From: an uncultured Gemmatimonadales bacterium
GTDB taxonomy: Bacteria; Gemmatimonadota; Gemmatimonadetes; Gemmatimonadales; Gemmatimonadaceae
Reading direction: 5' to 3'
Assembly: GCA_963850905.1 (NCBI GenBank)
Contig: CAWKMU010000003.1
Span: 832,001 to 896,000, forward strand
Length of the DNA stretch: 64,000 bases
The notes beneath the pieces are model-generated. The model did no database searches. It saw nothing but the letters and a program-made list of their open reading frames with translations, and was not told where the DNA came from. Positions within the stretch are counted from its first letter, which is position 1, and each line of letters starts with the position of its first letter. Both the position numbers and the translations under genes were made by a program. Positions 9,761-20,650 of this stretch are shown here, in pieces.

Positions 9761-11104
9761 GTGAGCGTCGCCGCCGGAGCGACTCGATTTCCGTCGCAGC
9801 GGTCCCGGCGCCCGACCGCGCGGGCAAGTCGAGTTGCCGGCCTCGTTGGCCTGTTGCTCGCGGCGCATGGCTGCAAGTCGAGCACCGCGCCCAACGCCAA
9901 CAACAGCGGGACACTGGTCATCACCGTCAAACCCACCAACGGCGCCACGCCGCTCGTCGTCGTCACCGGAGCAAGCGGTGACACGGCAGTCGTGACGAGG
10001 GTTGACACCACGCTCTTCGTCCCAGCCGGCACGTACACCGTCGCGAGCGCAAGCGCGGTCGTGGTGGGCCCGGTCACCACGGCCTTCTACGCCGGCACGG
10101 TGAAAGGCAGTCCGGCGACGCTCGCGACAGGCGGAAAGGCGGTCATCTCGATCACTTTTGCGCTGCGGCCCGGCTCTGGCCACCTCTGGGTAGTCGGTGG
10201 GCCGACCGGACACGCCGTGGCCGCCGCGTACGCGGGCGCCAACTTGGACAGCGGCGCTGCCACCGTCTCACTCGCTGTCGCTGGCCAATACGGCGCGTTC
10301 GATGCGGGCGGCAATCTGTGGGTTGCCGATTCGAGCACAAACACGCTCACGGGGTACTCCGCGGATCAACTCGCGGCGAGTGGCACGCCAACTCCCACGG
10401 TGACGATCACCAGCGCCGCGCTTCGGGGCCCCGTCGGCCTGGCCTTCGATCACACGGGCACGCTCTGGGTCTCGAACTTCGACGGGAACACGGTGGTGGG
10501 TTTCTTTACCAACCAACTGCGCGCCGGCGGCAACCAGAAACCGGCCGTTGTGATCAGCGGGATCGCATTCGACGGACCCGCTCGCATCCAGTTCGATACC
10601 GCGGGAAATCTGTGGGTACCCAATACGCTCACCAGCACCGTCGTGGCCATTGCGTCGTCCAGCCTGGCTGTGAGTGGCACGCCACTGCCAGCGGTCACGC
10701 TGACCTCGGACAGTGGATCACTCAACGGGCCGAGTGGCGTCGCATTCGACGCATCGGGCGATCTCTGGGTCGCGAACTCCGTCGGGAGCAGTCTCGTTGC
10801 CTTCAGCCCATCGGAGCTCGTGGCGAGCGGCCCGGCGGTTCCATTTGAGTTCCTGATTCCGCCGGCATCGACCGGCTCGCCGACCGCGATCGCCTTCGAC
10901 AACAGCGGCGACCTCTGGACCAATAGCACCACGGGCGGGGCCGTACTGGGCTACACAGGCGTCCAACTGGCCGTTGGTGATACCGTCCCACCCGCTGTGG
11001 TCGTGTCCGTCGCGAGTCCGCCTTCGACCCTCGCGTTCAACCCCGCGTCATCGAGCCTGCCCATCGCGGGTGGCGCCTTCGCCCGCATCCGGCGATCGCA
11101 TTAG
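9761..11104 (+). CDS. NHL-like repeat beta-propeller lipoprotein (paralogue A); start uncertain
   Basis: LLLAAHGC-KSSTAP lipobox-like signal; repeated GPxGxAFDxxGNLWVxN units. Confidence 0.8.
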   Translation: MSVAAGATRFPSQRSRRPTARASRVAGLVGLLLAAHGCKSSTAPNANNSGTLVITVKPTNGATPLVVVTGASGDTAVVTRVDTTLFVPAGTYTVASASAVVVGPVTTAFYAGTVKGSPATLATGGKAVISITFALRPGSGHLWVVGGPTGHAVAAAYAGANLDSGAATVSLAVAGQYGAFDAGGNLWVADSSTNTLTGYSADQLAASGTPTPTVTITSAALRGPVGLAFDHTGTLWVSNFDGNTVVGFFTNQLRAGGNQKPAVVISGIAFDGPARIQFDTAGNLWVPNTLTSTVVAIASSSLAVSGTPLPAVTLTSDSGSLNGPSGVAFDASGDLWVANSVGSSLVAFSPSELVASGPAVPFEFLIPPASTGSPTAIAFDNSGDLWTNSTTGGAVLGYTGVQLAVGDTVPPAVVVSVASPPSTLAFNPASSSLPIAGGAFARIRRSH

Positions 11105-11148
11105 AACGCCACTATCACGCCGACCGCACGGAATCCGTGCATACACGG

Positions 11149-11332
11149 GTAGGGGCGACGCAATGCGTCGCCCTCTGGCTCCGTAAGGCCGGGTTCGATA
11201 GCCGCCGCCTGTCCATGTAATCCGGGGTTACTCGCTCCGTAGGGGCGACGCATGCGTCGCCCTTATTTCCGTAGGGCCGGGATCGGCGTCACCCCCTGCT
11301 TGTCCATGCAATCGGTGGTCATTCGCTCCTAG
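11149..11332 (+). repeat. Two GTAG REPs (family 1) heading a degenerate ~90-bp tandem duplication
   Basis: GTAGGGGCGACGCA(A)TGCGTCGCCC at 11149 and 11239; both followed by related spacers (ccgtarggccggg..tgtccatg..tcgctcc). Confidence 0.85.
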
Positions 11333-11458
11333 TCGTATGGGGAAAAGCCCGACCCCCTGATCCCGAACGCCTAACCCTTGCCTCACCGGCCGTGCCCAAC
11401 AATCAGCGGGCCGCCACCGTAGTTTTTGAAGCGGAAGCCATATCCTACTGGAGCACTG

Positions 11459-12238
11459 ATGCGGATTAGACAGTCAATGAGCGCCATCGGCGTGCTCGCG
11501 GCGTTGGTCGCGGGCTGTTCGAACGGCGTCGACAACCTCAGTTCATCGACAGTGACGCTCGGTAACCCCGATAGCCTCACATACTTGCTGTTGCCGAGCC
11601 CGAGCTCGCCCGGCGTCCCGGCCGGGATCCTGCTCAAATGGGGCGCGGCGACCGATCCGAACGTGACCAACTACGTCGTGTTTGGCGCGGTTGTCGGCGG
11701 GGGTTGGGGGGAGGTCGCCGCTACCGGAGAGACGAGCTACTTCGTTCCTGGCACGCCTGCGAACGAGTATTACGTCGCGTCGTCGGACGCGAACGGGGAT
11801 GTCAGCAGCGGGACTTCCCCCATCACCGTCAACACCCAACAGGTGCTGCCGCCGCCTGACGGTCTGACGGCGGTGGCCATCGACTCCGGCGTCGAGCTCA
11901 CCTGGTCGGCGGATGCTCGGCTCAGTAACCCGTCCGAGTTCTCTTACTATCGCGTGTATTCCGAGCCCGCGGTCGTGACGAACAATACGGCGAACTGCCC
12001 CACGGGCGCGGCCGGCTTCGGCCTCGAGGGCTCGACCGTCTCCGAGGGGTACGTCGTCACGGGCCTGGCCAACGGCTCGACTTGGTGCTTCGGCGTAACG
12101 ACCATTGCCACGCTCGGCCAGGAAAGCGTGCTCACCGCCTGGGTCACCGCCTCGCCGACATCGGGTGGCGGAAGCTTTGACGTGACGTCGTCGCACATCA
12201 CGGTCGGGGTGCATAAGGCGAGCAAGGCGCGGCGGTAA
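11459..12238 (+). CDS. Lipoprotein with fibronectin-III-like beta domains
   Basis: GGAG RBS; LVAGC lipobox; PPDGLTA..VELTW..YRVY..VTGLANG pattern. Confidence 0.75.
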   Translation: MRIRQSMSAIGVLAALVAGCSNGVDNLSSSTVTLGNPDSLTYLLLPSPSSPGVPAGILLKWGAATDPNVTNYVVFGAVVGGGWGEVAATGETSYFVPGTPANEYYVASSDANGDVSSGTSPITVNTQQVLPPPDGLTAVAIDSGVELTWSADARLSNPSEFSYYRVYSEPAVVTNNTANCPTGAAGFGLEGSTVSEGYVVTGLANGSTWCFGVTTIATLGQESVLTAWVTASPTSGGGSFDVTSSHITVGVHKASKARR

Positions 12239-12254
12239 GGCGAAACGGCCGATT

Positions 12255-12368
12255 TGGGGTCTGGGGTACCCGCAACAAACCCAAAGGGCCAGTCACGGTG
12301 CGCTGTGACTGGCCCTCGCGTTTTGTCGCAGTCACCCCAGACCCCAGACCCCAAACCCCAGACCCCCG
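12255..12368. repeat. Heptamer-arm hairpin element between convergent genes; probable bidirectional terminator
   Basis: Core agggccagtcac-ggtgcgct-gtgactggccct (12285-12316); arms tggggtc / (accccag)n. Confidence 0.85.
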
Positions 12369-12372
12369 CTGC

Positions 12373-15300
12373 TCAGTCCCCGCGCACCTCCGCCTGCCCG
12401 GCCGCCTTCCGTTTCGCATTGAACGCGGCCAGCCCCTTGGTCTCGAGCGCGGTCCACCGCGCGAGCGCCGTCTGATAGTCTCCGCGCGCCTTGTCGCAAG
12501 CAGCGATCTCGCGCGCAGTAGGCGCGACATCGGCACCCTGCATCGCCATGGCGGCGGCCATCATCGCCGCGCTCGTGCTCGTGAGCGTTGGGGGACCCGG
12601 AGGTGCTGGGGGCCCGAAGCCAAAGCCGGGCTGCCGCCGCACCGGTACCGGGGCAACGGAATCGACCGCCGCTCGGAAGGTAGCGACGCCCTCTCCAGCG
12701 GCCCCATCGAGCTTGCCGATGAGCGCACGTGCCTGCAGGAACCTCGCGTGCGCCGCCAGCGCTCCGTCATACATCGCCTGTGACAGCGATGCGAGCTGTG
12801 CGAGGCCTGCGGCTGACGTCTTCACGCGCGGATCCAATCGCAGGACGAGCGGTTGCGTCATGCGCTTGCCGTCGACGGTCAGGCGCACGGTGTAGCGGCC
12901 CCGTGGCGCCCAGGGTGCGTTGACGAGCGGAAGCGTCCGGTGCGGCACCGCACCGACTGCCGCGTCTCCGCCCGCCGGACCATCGCTGTCGCCAGGAATC
13001 GGCGCGAAGTGGAGGTCCCAACTCAATCGGTGCATGCCCGGCTCCGTCGAGACGATCGTCGGCGGTGCCGGCCAGTAGAGCGGCAGACCGCAATCGCGCG
13101 CCGTCGGGGTCTGCTGGCACAGTCGATTGTACGCCGCCGAGTCGAGGGCGGGGTCGGGATGCCGCACCGGGTCAGCGCTCGAGTACGTGCGGACCACGCG
13201 CCCGGCCGAGTCCAGGATGTCGATGGTCACAGGCCCCGAGGGCGGGCTCGCCAGGTAGTAGTCGATGATTCGCGCCGGGCGGTGGATTCTCGCCTGCCGT
13301 GACCTCGGGCGGCCACGGCGTCGGATCGTTGGTGCCGAATCGGACGCGGACCGCGGTGACGGGCTTGAACAGATACGCCCCTGCGGCGGCGCGTGCTGCT
13401 GCCGCCTGGCGGAGCGGCGTCACGTCGTCGAGGATCCAGAATCCGCGACCATGCGTGCCGGCAACGAGATCGGAGCAGAGACAGGTGCTGTCGTCCTTCA
13501 CTTGCAGATCGCGCACCGAGATGGCCGGCATGTTGAGTCGCAGCGACTCCCAGTGATCGCCGTCGTCGAACGAGACCCACACCTGCGTATCGGTGGCGGC
13601 GTAGAGCAACCCCTTGCGCGGGTCTTCGCGAATGGAGTTGGCGACCGCGCCCGGCGCGATGCCGTTGTCGATCTCGGTCCACGTCTTGCCGCCGTCGTGC
13701 GTGCGCCAGAAGTGCGGGTTCATGTCGTCGAGGCGCAGCGTGTTGGCGGCGGCGTACGCCGTCATCGCATCGAAGTGGCCCGCATCCATGTTGAAGATGC
13801 GCGTCCACGGCTTGATGCCTGGCGGCGTGACGTTGGTCCACTTCGCGCCGCCGTCGGTGGTCACCTGGATGTTGCCGTCATCCGTGCCGGCCCAGAGCAC
13901 CCGCGCGCTCCTGGTCGACGGCGCGAGCGCGGTGATCGTACCCTGCGGGCGCCGGCTTCACATCGGCGGCGTACTTGCCCGCGTTGGCAGGAACGTCCCA
14001 GGTCTGCCGCGCGAGATCGCGGCTGATGCGCGTCCAGTGGTGGGCATGGTCGACGCTCTTCCACACGGCGTCCGAGGCGTAAAAGAGCACCGTCGGGTCG
14101 ATCGGCGACCAGGCGATCGGCATCGTGCGGACGTTGCGATTGTAGTTGACGGTCTTCGCGTTCGCGGTGCGAGGCGGAGTTCCACCGGTCATGTCGGGAC
14201 CGACGAACGTCGTCTGCCCGGTCTTGCGGTTGTAGAGCGACACGTTGTTGCGCATGCTGCCGTACACGAGGTCCGGGTCTTCGGGATCCGGCGCCGCTAT
14301 GCCGTACTCCTGGATGTCGACGGGATGCCAGTCGTGGAAGGTGATTTCGCCATCCATTGACCGGCTCTCGACGCACGCCGAGCCCGAGTCCTGCTGGCCG
14401 CTGCAGACGCGATAGGGGAACGCGTTGTCGGTGGTGACGTGATACATCGCGGCCGTCGGCTGCGTGTACCAGTTGCTCCACGATTCGCCGCGATTGGCGG
14501 AGACCACGCCGCCCTGGTCGCCACCACCAGCAGAATGTCGGGATTCCGAGGGTTGATCCAGGTCTTCTGGTAGTCGTCGCCGCCGGGCGCGCCGCGCACG
14601 GCGGACCAGGTCAGGCCCCGCATCTTCGGTCCGCCAGAACACGGTCGATCAGCTGTAGACGACGTTCTCGTTCTTCGGATCGACGGTGATCGTCGGGAGG
14701 TCGCCGCCGCCGATGCGGCCCAGCGGACGCGGATCGGGCTGTCGCGCATGGGCAGAGTCGGTGGCATTCGCATCGTGAATCGCGAGCCGCCAGTGTGCGC
14801 CGCCGTCGGTGGACTTGTAGAAGCCGATGACGCCCTGTGGACGTGGCGGACCACCTGCAGGCGCCGCTGCGGCGATCATCGCGTAGACCACCTGCGGGTT
14901 GCTGGCCGCGATGGTCAGGTTTGCCTGCATCACCCCGGCGGGCAGTCCGTCGGTCAGCTGCTTCCAGTTTGTTCCGCCATCGGTCGACTTGAAGATCCCG
15001 CCGCTCGTGCCGCCGAATGACCCGCCCTCGATGAAGCTCTGCTGCTGCTGCCACAGCGCGGCGTAGATGACGTTGGGATTACTCGGATCGATGTGGACGT
15101 CGTTGCCGCTCGTGTACTCGTCCTTGTACAGCACCTTCTGGAACGTCTTGCCGCCGTCGGTCGAGCGAAAGATGCCGCGCTCGGCGTTGGGTCCGTATGG
15201 ATGTCCCAGCGCCGCGACGAACAACCGGTTCGGATCAGACGCGTCGACGTCGATCATCGCGATCATCTGGCTGTCGTCGAGTCCGAGGTGGACCCACGTC

Positions 15301-15689
15301 TTGCCGCCGTCGGTCGACTTATACACGCCATCGCCGATCGCCAGATCGGGCCGAATGATCCCGCCACCCGTGCCGACGTAGATGATGTTCGGATCCGAGG
15401 GGGCCACCGCGATCGCGCCGATGGAGCCGGTCGGCTCATGGTCGAAAAGCGGCACCCAGTTGGCGCCGTAGTCAGTGGACCGCCAGACGCCGCCGTCGTC
15501 GAATCCGATGTAGAAGACGTTGGGCTGGCTCGCGACTCCAGCAAGCGCCCGCGCACGCCCCGCGCGCGGTGGCCCGATTTGCCGCCACCGCATGGCACCG
15601 TACAGGTCGGGAGTTTGTGCGGCGGCCACCGACGCGGTCACCGCAAGGGATCCAAGCGCCAGCACAGCGCGAGACACAAACGAGCGCAC
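12373..15689 (-). pseudogene. VPS10/BNR (Asp-box) repeat glycosyl-hydrolase-like secreted protein, interrupted (true pseudogene or assembly errors)
   Basis: GTG 15689 with GAGG RBS; repeated S-x-D-x-G-x-T-W boxes. In-frame TGA at 14649-14651; frameshifts near 14620, 14521, 13948 and 13270 join four ORF fragments. Confidence 0.85.
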
Positions 15690-15781
15690 GTCAGAACCTC
15701 GATGAAGAATGGAGAGAAGATGAAATTGTGGTACGTGACAAGCATTCGGCGAGTGGGCGGGGAAACGACGGACGGTAACTG

Positions 15782-15939
15782 CGGGGCCAGGGGTGAGGGG
15801 CCAGGGACCCAATCGAAGGGTCAGTGACGGTGCACTGAGACCGGCCTCGGACCGGTAGGGGCGACGCATTGCGTCGCCCGTCGTTGCCGTGGCGTTTGGT
15901 CGTTGTTCTCGACCCCTGGTCCCTGATCTCTGACCCCAC
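15782..15939. repeat. Composite element: heptamer arm + GTGCAC hairpin + REP (15855) + inverted heptamer arm
   Basis: Collinear with 26436-26582; both share ggaccggtaggggcgacgcattgcgtcgcccgt. Confidence 0.85.
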
Positions 15940-15965
15940 CGTTGCCGTGTCCCTGCATTTGCCCC

Positions 15966-16559
15966 TCACCTCACCTCCCGCCCCCCACTCCGGTCGTCGG
16001 GAACGAATCGCCCCTGGGCAGGCATCCGCACGAGCGGCAGCGTCCTCGCGTTCAGCACGGTGTTGCGTGGCACGATGTGGTTCTGGACCAGGATGAACGC
16101 CGTGAGCGCATAGGTCTGATGCGGAGTGAGCGAACCGGGCGACGGGAAGGGCATGGCCCGGGCGATGTAGTCGTAGAGCGTCGTGGCGTACGGCCAGTAG
16201 TTGCCGACGGTCGCGACCGCCGTCGTATCCGTCGCAAATGGAAATGCATCGCCGGGAATCCGACCCACGAGAGCGGGTGCCGGGGGAATCGCGCCGTGTA
16301 CGCCGTCGGCGCCATGGCAGACCGCGCACTGCGTCGCGTAGATCGCCGCACCTTGGGCGGCCGTCCCACTGTCGTGCGGCAGTCCACGGCCCGACGCATC
16401 GACATCCGTGTTCCATCGGGCGATGTCGTCACTGCTCGCGGCTTCGCCGAATCCGAACCGCGCGGGCGCGGCATCAGTGGACCGCACGGCCGCCGAGGAC
16501 TGGCCACAAGCGGCGACGGCGCCGCTCACTGCGACGAGCAGCAACGCGCGGCGACGCAC
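15966..16559 (-). CDS. soxD: Monoheme c-type cytochrome, SoxD-like (lipoprotein signal; alternative starts at 16625/16631)
   Basis: CAVCH heme motif; ATVGNYWPYATTLYDYIARAMP; directly downstream of soxC. Confidence 0.8.
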   Translation of the reverse strand: MRRRALLLVAVSGAVAACGQSSAAVRSTDAAPARFGFGEAASSDDIARWNTDVDASGRGLPHDSGTAAQGAAIYATQCAVCHGADGVHGAIPPAPALVGRIPGDAFPFATDTTAVATVGNYWPYATTLYDYIARAMPFPSPGSLTPHQTYALTAFILVQNHIVPRNTVLNARTLPLVRMPAQGRFVPDDRSGGREVR

Positions 16560-16587
16560 TCGGCCGCCGTTCGAGCGGCGCGCGCGA

Positions 16588-17862
16588 TCAGACACGGGCG
16601 GCAAAGGTGACGCGACCCGTCGCATCGACATCCCACGCGCGGATGCTGTTGAGATGGTAGTTCGTCCCGGGTCCACGCACGGCTCGCAGCTTGGCGAGGG
16701 TGGGCTGTACGTATCCCGTCTCATCTGTCGCGCGGCTCATGAGGGTCGTGGACTGCCCGCGCCACTCCCACAGGTGCCGGAAGCGCGCATGCGCCAGCGG
16801 AAGCACCGGCCCCTGCAACATTGCCGGCGTCCAGGTCGCGCCGCCGTCCGTGCTCACGTCGACACTGGTGATCCGTCCGCGGCCCGTCCACGCGATACCA
16901 CGGATCTCCCACCAGCCGCGGCCACTCAGCACGGTCGGGTAGGCGGGGAAGGTAATGATGGACTTCGCGTCCATGACGAAGCTGAACTGGCGTGCCTCGT
17001 CGCCGCGCAACGCATCCGTATAGCGGGAGGTTTCCTCGCGTGTCATGAACGGCGCATCGCCGACTTTGATCCGCCGCAACCACTTGATGTTGGTGTTACC
17101 CTCCCAGCCGGGAAGCACGAGGCGCACCGGAAATCCCTGCTCCGGTCGCAGCGGCTCGCCGTTCTGCGCATACGCGACGAGGGCGTCATTGAGAGCTTTC
17201 GACAGGGGGATGCTCCGCGTCATCAGCGCCGCGTCCCCGCCTTCCGCGAGCAGCCACCGGGCACCCGACTGGAGACCCACCTCGCGCAGCAGCGTGGCGA
17301 GTGGCACACCGGTCCATTCGCTCGTACTCGTGAGGCCGTCGATCTGCTGCGGCGTGGTCTGCGGCGACATCGCGCGATAGGCCGCGCGCCCGTTGCCAGA
17401 GCACTCGATGAAATAGATGTGGGACGCGGACGGAAATCGCTGCAGCTCGGCCAGGGTGAAGATGAGCGGACGGTCGACGAGTCCGTGAAGCAAGAGCCGG
17501 TACCGATCCGGATCGATCGCGGGGACGCCGGCATGATGACGCTCATAGTGCAAGTCGGACGGCGTGATGATCCCGTGCAGGTCCTGGAGGGGGGTAAATG
17601 ATTCTCCCGCCACCCTGCCCGCCGGCGCTCGCGCCAGATGGACCGATGGCGCGCGGGTCCCCACGGCACTCGTCCCGGGCCCGGGTGCACGCGTCGCCTC
17701 CGGCAGAGGAGGCGCGGGCGGAGCACCGACCGGCGTCCGCTCACCGAGCTCGGAGAGCACCTCGCCCGGCAACACTCGACTCAACGCCGCCGTCGCGGCG
17801 CCCAAGGCCCCTACGACCAGGGCCCGACGCGAGACCACCGGCTCTTCGTCAGGCTGTGCCAC
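16588..17862 (-). CDS. soxC: Sulfite-oxidase-family molybdoenzyme SoxC
   Basis: Tat-like SRRALV; TPLQDLHGIITP, YERHHAG, ECSGNG, QNGEPLRPEQGFP, SRATDETGYVQP. Confidence 0.9.
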   Translation of the reverse strand: MAQPDEEPVVSRRALVVGALGAATAALSRVLPGEVLSELGERTPVGAPPAPPLPEATRAPGPGTSAVGTRAPSVHLARAPAGRVAGESFTPLQDLHGIITPSDLHYERHHAGVPAIDPDRYRLLLHGLVDRPLIFTLAELQRFPSASHIYFIECSGNGRAAYRAMSPQTTPQQIDGLTSTSEWTGVPLATLLREVGLQSGARWLLAEGGDAALMTRSIPLSKALNDALVAYAQNGEPLRPEQGFPVRLVLPGWEGNTNIKWLRRIKVGDAPFMTREETSRYTDALRGDEARQFSFVMDAKSIITFPAYPTVLSGRGWWEIRGIAWTGRGRITSVDVSTDGGATWTPAMLQGPVLPLAHARFRHLWEWRGQSTTLMSRATDETGYVQPTLAKLRAVRGPGTNYHLNSIRAWDVDATGRVTFAARV

Positions 17863-17901
17863 AACTCGAACCTATCATCCGTCCGGTCGCGGGTCGATGT
17901 C

Positions 17902-19107
17902 CTACACCAACACCCACACCGTCCTCGGGGATCTGAATTCGTACCCATACGGTTCACTCGGACGGGCGGGATCACCTCGCAGTTTCGGAAAGCGATCCAG
18001 CAACGTCTCCAACACCACCCGGACCTCCGCCCGCGCGAGTGATGCACCGAGACAGAAATGCTTGCCTGACCCAAACGAGACGTGGTCAGCCGCGTTGGCA
18101 CGGTGGAGGTTGAAGAGGTCGGGTGCCTCGAAGTACTCGGGGTCGCGGTTCGCCGCGCCCAGCATGCACTGGACGATGTCGCCCGCGGCGAGCGTGACAC
18201 CACCCAGCTCGACAGGGCGGGCCACGTGTCGCGTGCAAGACTGCACCGCCGGCTCCCAGCGCAACGCCTCCTCAATGGCGTGCGACAGCAGCGCGCGATC
18301 GGCACGAACGGCCTCGAGCGCATTGGGATGCCGCAGGAGCGACCACACGACATTCAGGATCGTCGACTCCGTCGTCTCAATGCCGCCGAAGAACACGATC
18401 AGCGCGTTCGCGACGATCTCATCATCGGTGAGGCGATCCGCGGTCTCGCGGCTCAACGTCCCGAGCAACGATGGGTCGCTGCCCGTCGCCATTTGGTGCA
18501 CGAGCGGCAAGACCGCGCCGCGAAACTCCTGCACCGCCGCATGGCCTCGTGCGCGGATCGTTGGATCCCAGGAAAAATTGGCGAGCGCCGCCGCGAACGC
18601 GTCGTACCATTCGCGAATCGGCGCATGCAGCTCGCGCGGGACGCCAAGCACGGTCGCGACCAGGTAGACGGCGAGCTCACTCGTGAGGGCCGCGCGCAAC
18701 TCGATCTCACGCCTGCTGGCAACCGCCTCGACGAGCTCGGTCACCTTGGCCTCGGTCAGCGGCACGCCGTGCTCCCTGACTGATCGGGCGTTGAACGGGG
18801 CGTTGCAGTGACTCTTGTATCGGCGATGCCGCTCGCCCTCAGCACTCAACATCTGCTCGCCGAAGGTGTCGCGAATGGTGGAATGCGGCGAGTCGGTGCG
18901 AAACAGGTCGGGCTCGCGAAGCACCTGCACGACATCCGCGCGTCGCGTCACGAACCACATCCGCGCCTCGTCGACCCACGAGACGGGCTCCAGCGCCCGC
19001 AGACGCGCCAGGATCGGGTAGGGATCGACCGCCAGGTCTTGCAGGTGGACGTGCTGGCCGGCCTGCCGACCAGTCCTTTCCGTGGACCCGGTTGCTCGTA
19101 TTTCCAC
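17902..19107 (-). CDS. Cytochrome P450
   Basis: GGIETT I-helix, EEALR (ExxR), AANRDP, FGSGKHFCLG heme motif. Confidence 0.95.
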   Translation of the reverse strand: MEIRATGSTERTGRQAGQHVHLQDLAVDPYPILARLRALEPVSWVDEARMWFVTRRADVVQVLREPDLFRTDSPHSTIRDTFGEQMLSAEGERHRRYKSHCNAPFNARSVREHGVPLTEAKVTELVEAVASRREIELRAALTSELAVYLVATVLGVPRELHAPIREWYDAFAAALANFSWDPTIRARGHAAVQEFRGAVLPLVHQMATGSDPSLLGTLSRETADRLTDDEIVANALIVFFGGIETTESTILNVVWSLLRHPNALEAVRADRALLSHAIEEALRWEPAVQSCTRHVARPVELGGVTLAAGDIVQCMLGAANRDPEYFEAPDLFNLHRANAADHVSFGSGKHFCLGASLARAEVRVVLETLLDRFPKLRGDPARPSEPYGYEFRSPRTVWVLV

Positions 19108-19165
19108 GGATGTAGAATCTCCAGAAACCCACGGAGCGCAAGCTGACCATCACACGTTCCTGCAG

Positions 19166-19199
19166 GTCCCCGACCCCTGACCCCTGATCCCTGACCCCC
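19166..19199. repeat. Heptamer tandem (CCCTGAY)n
   Basis: ccccgac-ccctgac-ccctgat-ccctgac. Confidence 0.7.
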
Positions 19200-19293
19200 G
19201 TAGTTCTTTGGTCGTGTACGAAATCTCGCGCCGGTGGGCGCGCTGGCCTGACTCTTTCAGGTTCACCTCGCCGATTCCATCGGGGCGGCAGCG

Positions 19294-20388
19294 ATGCGGG
19301 TGAAGGAGCCCAACGCGCATGGCCTGACGGCAGCACATGTGACGCCGGCGCAACACTTCGGTGAGGCGTCGACGGCCCCACATGTCGCGGCCTCAGCAAC
19401 CGACCGGCCTTTGTCGCTGCCGGAATTCCCCCAGGCTGTCTATCGAGGTAATGCGAGCTCGGTCGGCGTGGCATTCGGGATGGCAGTGGGGCCCGGCGAA
19501 GGACGCATGGCGCTCGACGCACTGGAAAGCGTCGCGACGTTCTTCCCCGACGCGAGCCGGTGGGTCCTCGACGATTGCACGTTCGATGGCACCTACGATC
19601 TCCTGGCGCGCTGGATCGCGACGAACGGCGGCCATCTGCTCCGCAACGCCATCCCGCACGGCTACCGCGGCATCGCCAGCTCGTTCTACGCGCTGCTCGC
19701 GGCGATCGCGCGCGAAGAGCCGAGCCTCGACATGGCGATCAAGATCGATCCCGACACGTGCCTGCTCGGCGGCGACCTGCTCGAGCGCATCCGCCGGCGA
19801 TTCACGGATCACGGGCCGGGCATCGTCGGCGCCTACCGGGTCGGCGCTGGGGGACGCCCCCGTGTCTTCGGCCACATCAGGCGGAACATGCTCGTCGATC
19901 TCTTGTTGCCGGTCGGGCCCCACAAGACTTGGCGCTCGCTGCGCGTCGGGTTGCCGTACTGGGCGCGCTTCCTGCCGAGCGCGAGACGCAACGGATATGT
20001 CTTCGGTGAGCACGTGCTCGGCGCACTCGCCGCCATCCACGGCGACACACTCCGCGCCCTCGCCAGGTCCGGGTTCCTCGCGGTGCCGCCGCGGTTCCGA
20101 GCGCTCACGGTCCAGATGGACGTGCTCCTCGGCCTCGGCGTGCGGTCGGTCGGGCACAGCCTGATCGATCTCGACAGCGCGCCCCCTGCGCCGGCGACTG
20201 TGTGGCTTCAGTTTCTTCCGCCGGTCCCCGTCAGTGCCGAATCGTTGGTCGAGCGCGGCATCCTCGCGGTGCATCCCGTGAAGGGCACGCCCGATGGCGA
20301 TGCGATGCGCGCCGTTTTCCGCCGCCACCGACACCCACGCCAGGATCGCCTGGCACCCACACCGCCCGCACCGGTCACGCTGACGTAG
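19294..20388 (+). CDS. Hypothetical protein, probable GT-A-fold glycosyltransferase; start uncertain
   Basis: WVLDDCTFDGT resembles GT2 VVDDxSxDGT; IKIDPDT DxD-like motif; C-terminal VHPVK. Confidence 0.6.
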   Translation: MRVKEPNAHGLTAAHVTPAQHFGEASTAPHVAASATDRPLSLPEFPQAVYRGNASSVGVAFGMAVGPGEGRMALDALESVATFFPDASRWVLDDCTFDGTYDLLARWIATNGGHLLRNAIPHGYRGIASSFYALLAAIAREEPSLDMAIKIDPDTCLLGGDLLERIRRRFTDHGPGIVGAYRVGAGGRPRVFGHIRRNMLVDLLLPVGPHKTWRSLRVGLPYWARFLPSARRNGYVFGEHVLGALAAIHGDTLRALARSGFLAVPPRFRALTVQMDVLLGLGVRSVGHSLIDLDSAPPAPATVWLQFLPPVPVSAESLVERGILAVHPVKGTPDGDAMRAVFRRHRHPRQDRLAPTPPAPVTLT

Positions 20389-20471
20389 GGGCGACGCCAT
20401 GCGTCGCCCATGATTACGGCCGTCCGCGCTGTCTGGCCATACGCGGGTAGGGGCGGCGCAATGCGTCGCGG
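20385..20471 (+). repeat. Direct doublet of family-1 REPs
   Basis: GTAGGGGCGACGCCATGCGTCGCCC at 20385 and a degenerate copy at 20447. Confidence 0.85.
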
Positions 20472-20650
20472 CCCGCACCACATTCCTCCGCCCGGACAGG
20501 TTGACGCATTTCCGTCGCCCGGTCACCGGCACGTGATTGGCCTCTCGTTGACGCCGAGCGAGCTCAGCGCTAGTAGTTGAGCCCGTACGCGGATGTTTGC
20601 GCAAACGATTGCGAGACCACGATGGGCGGGGTTCGTCGAGAGACGGCACT

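Noticed and set aside
14649..14651. Selenocysteine UGA in the VPS10/BNR gene
   Set aside because: This is not a redox motif, and several frameshifts lie adjacent; an error or nonsense mutation is more likely.
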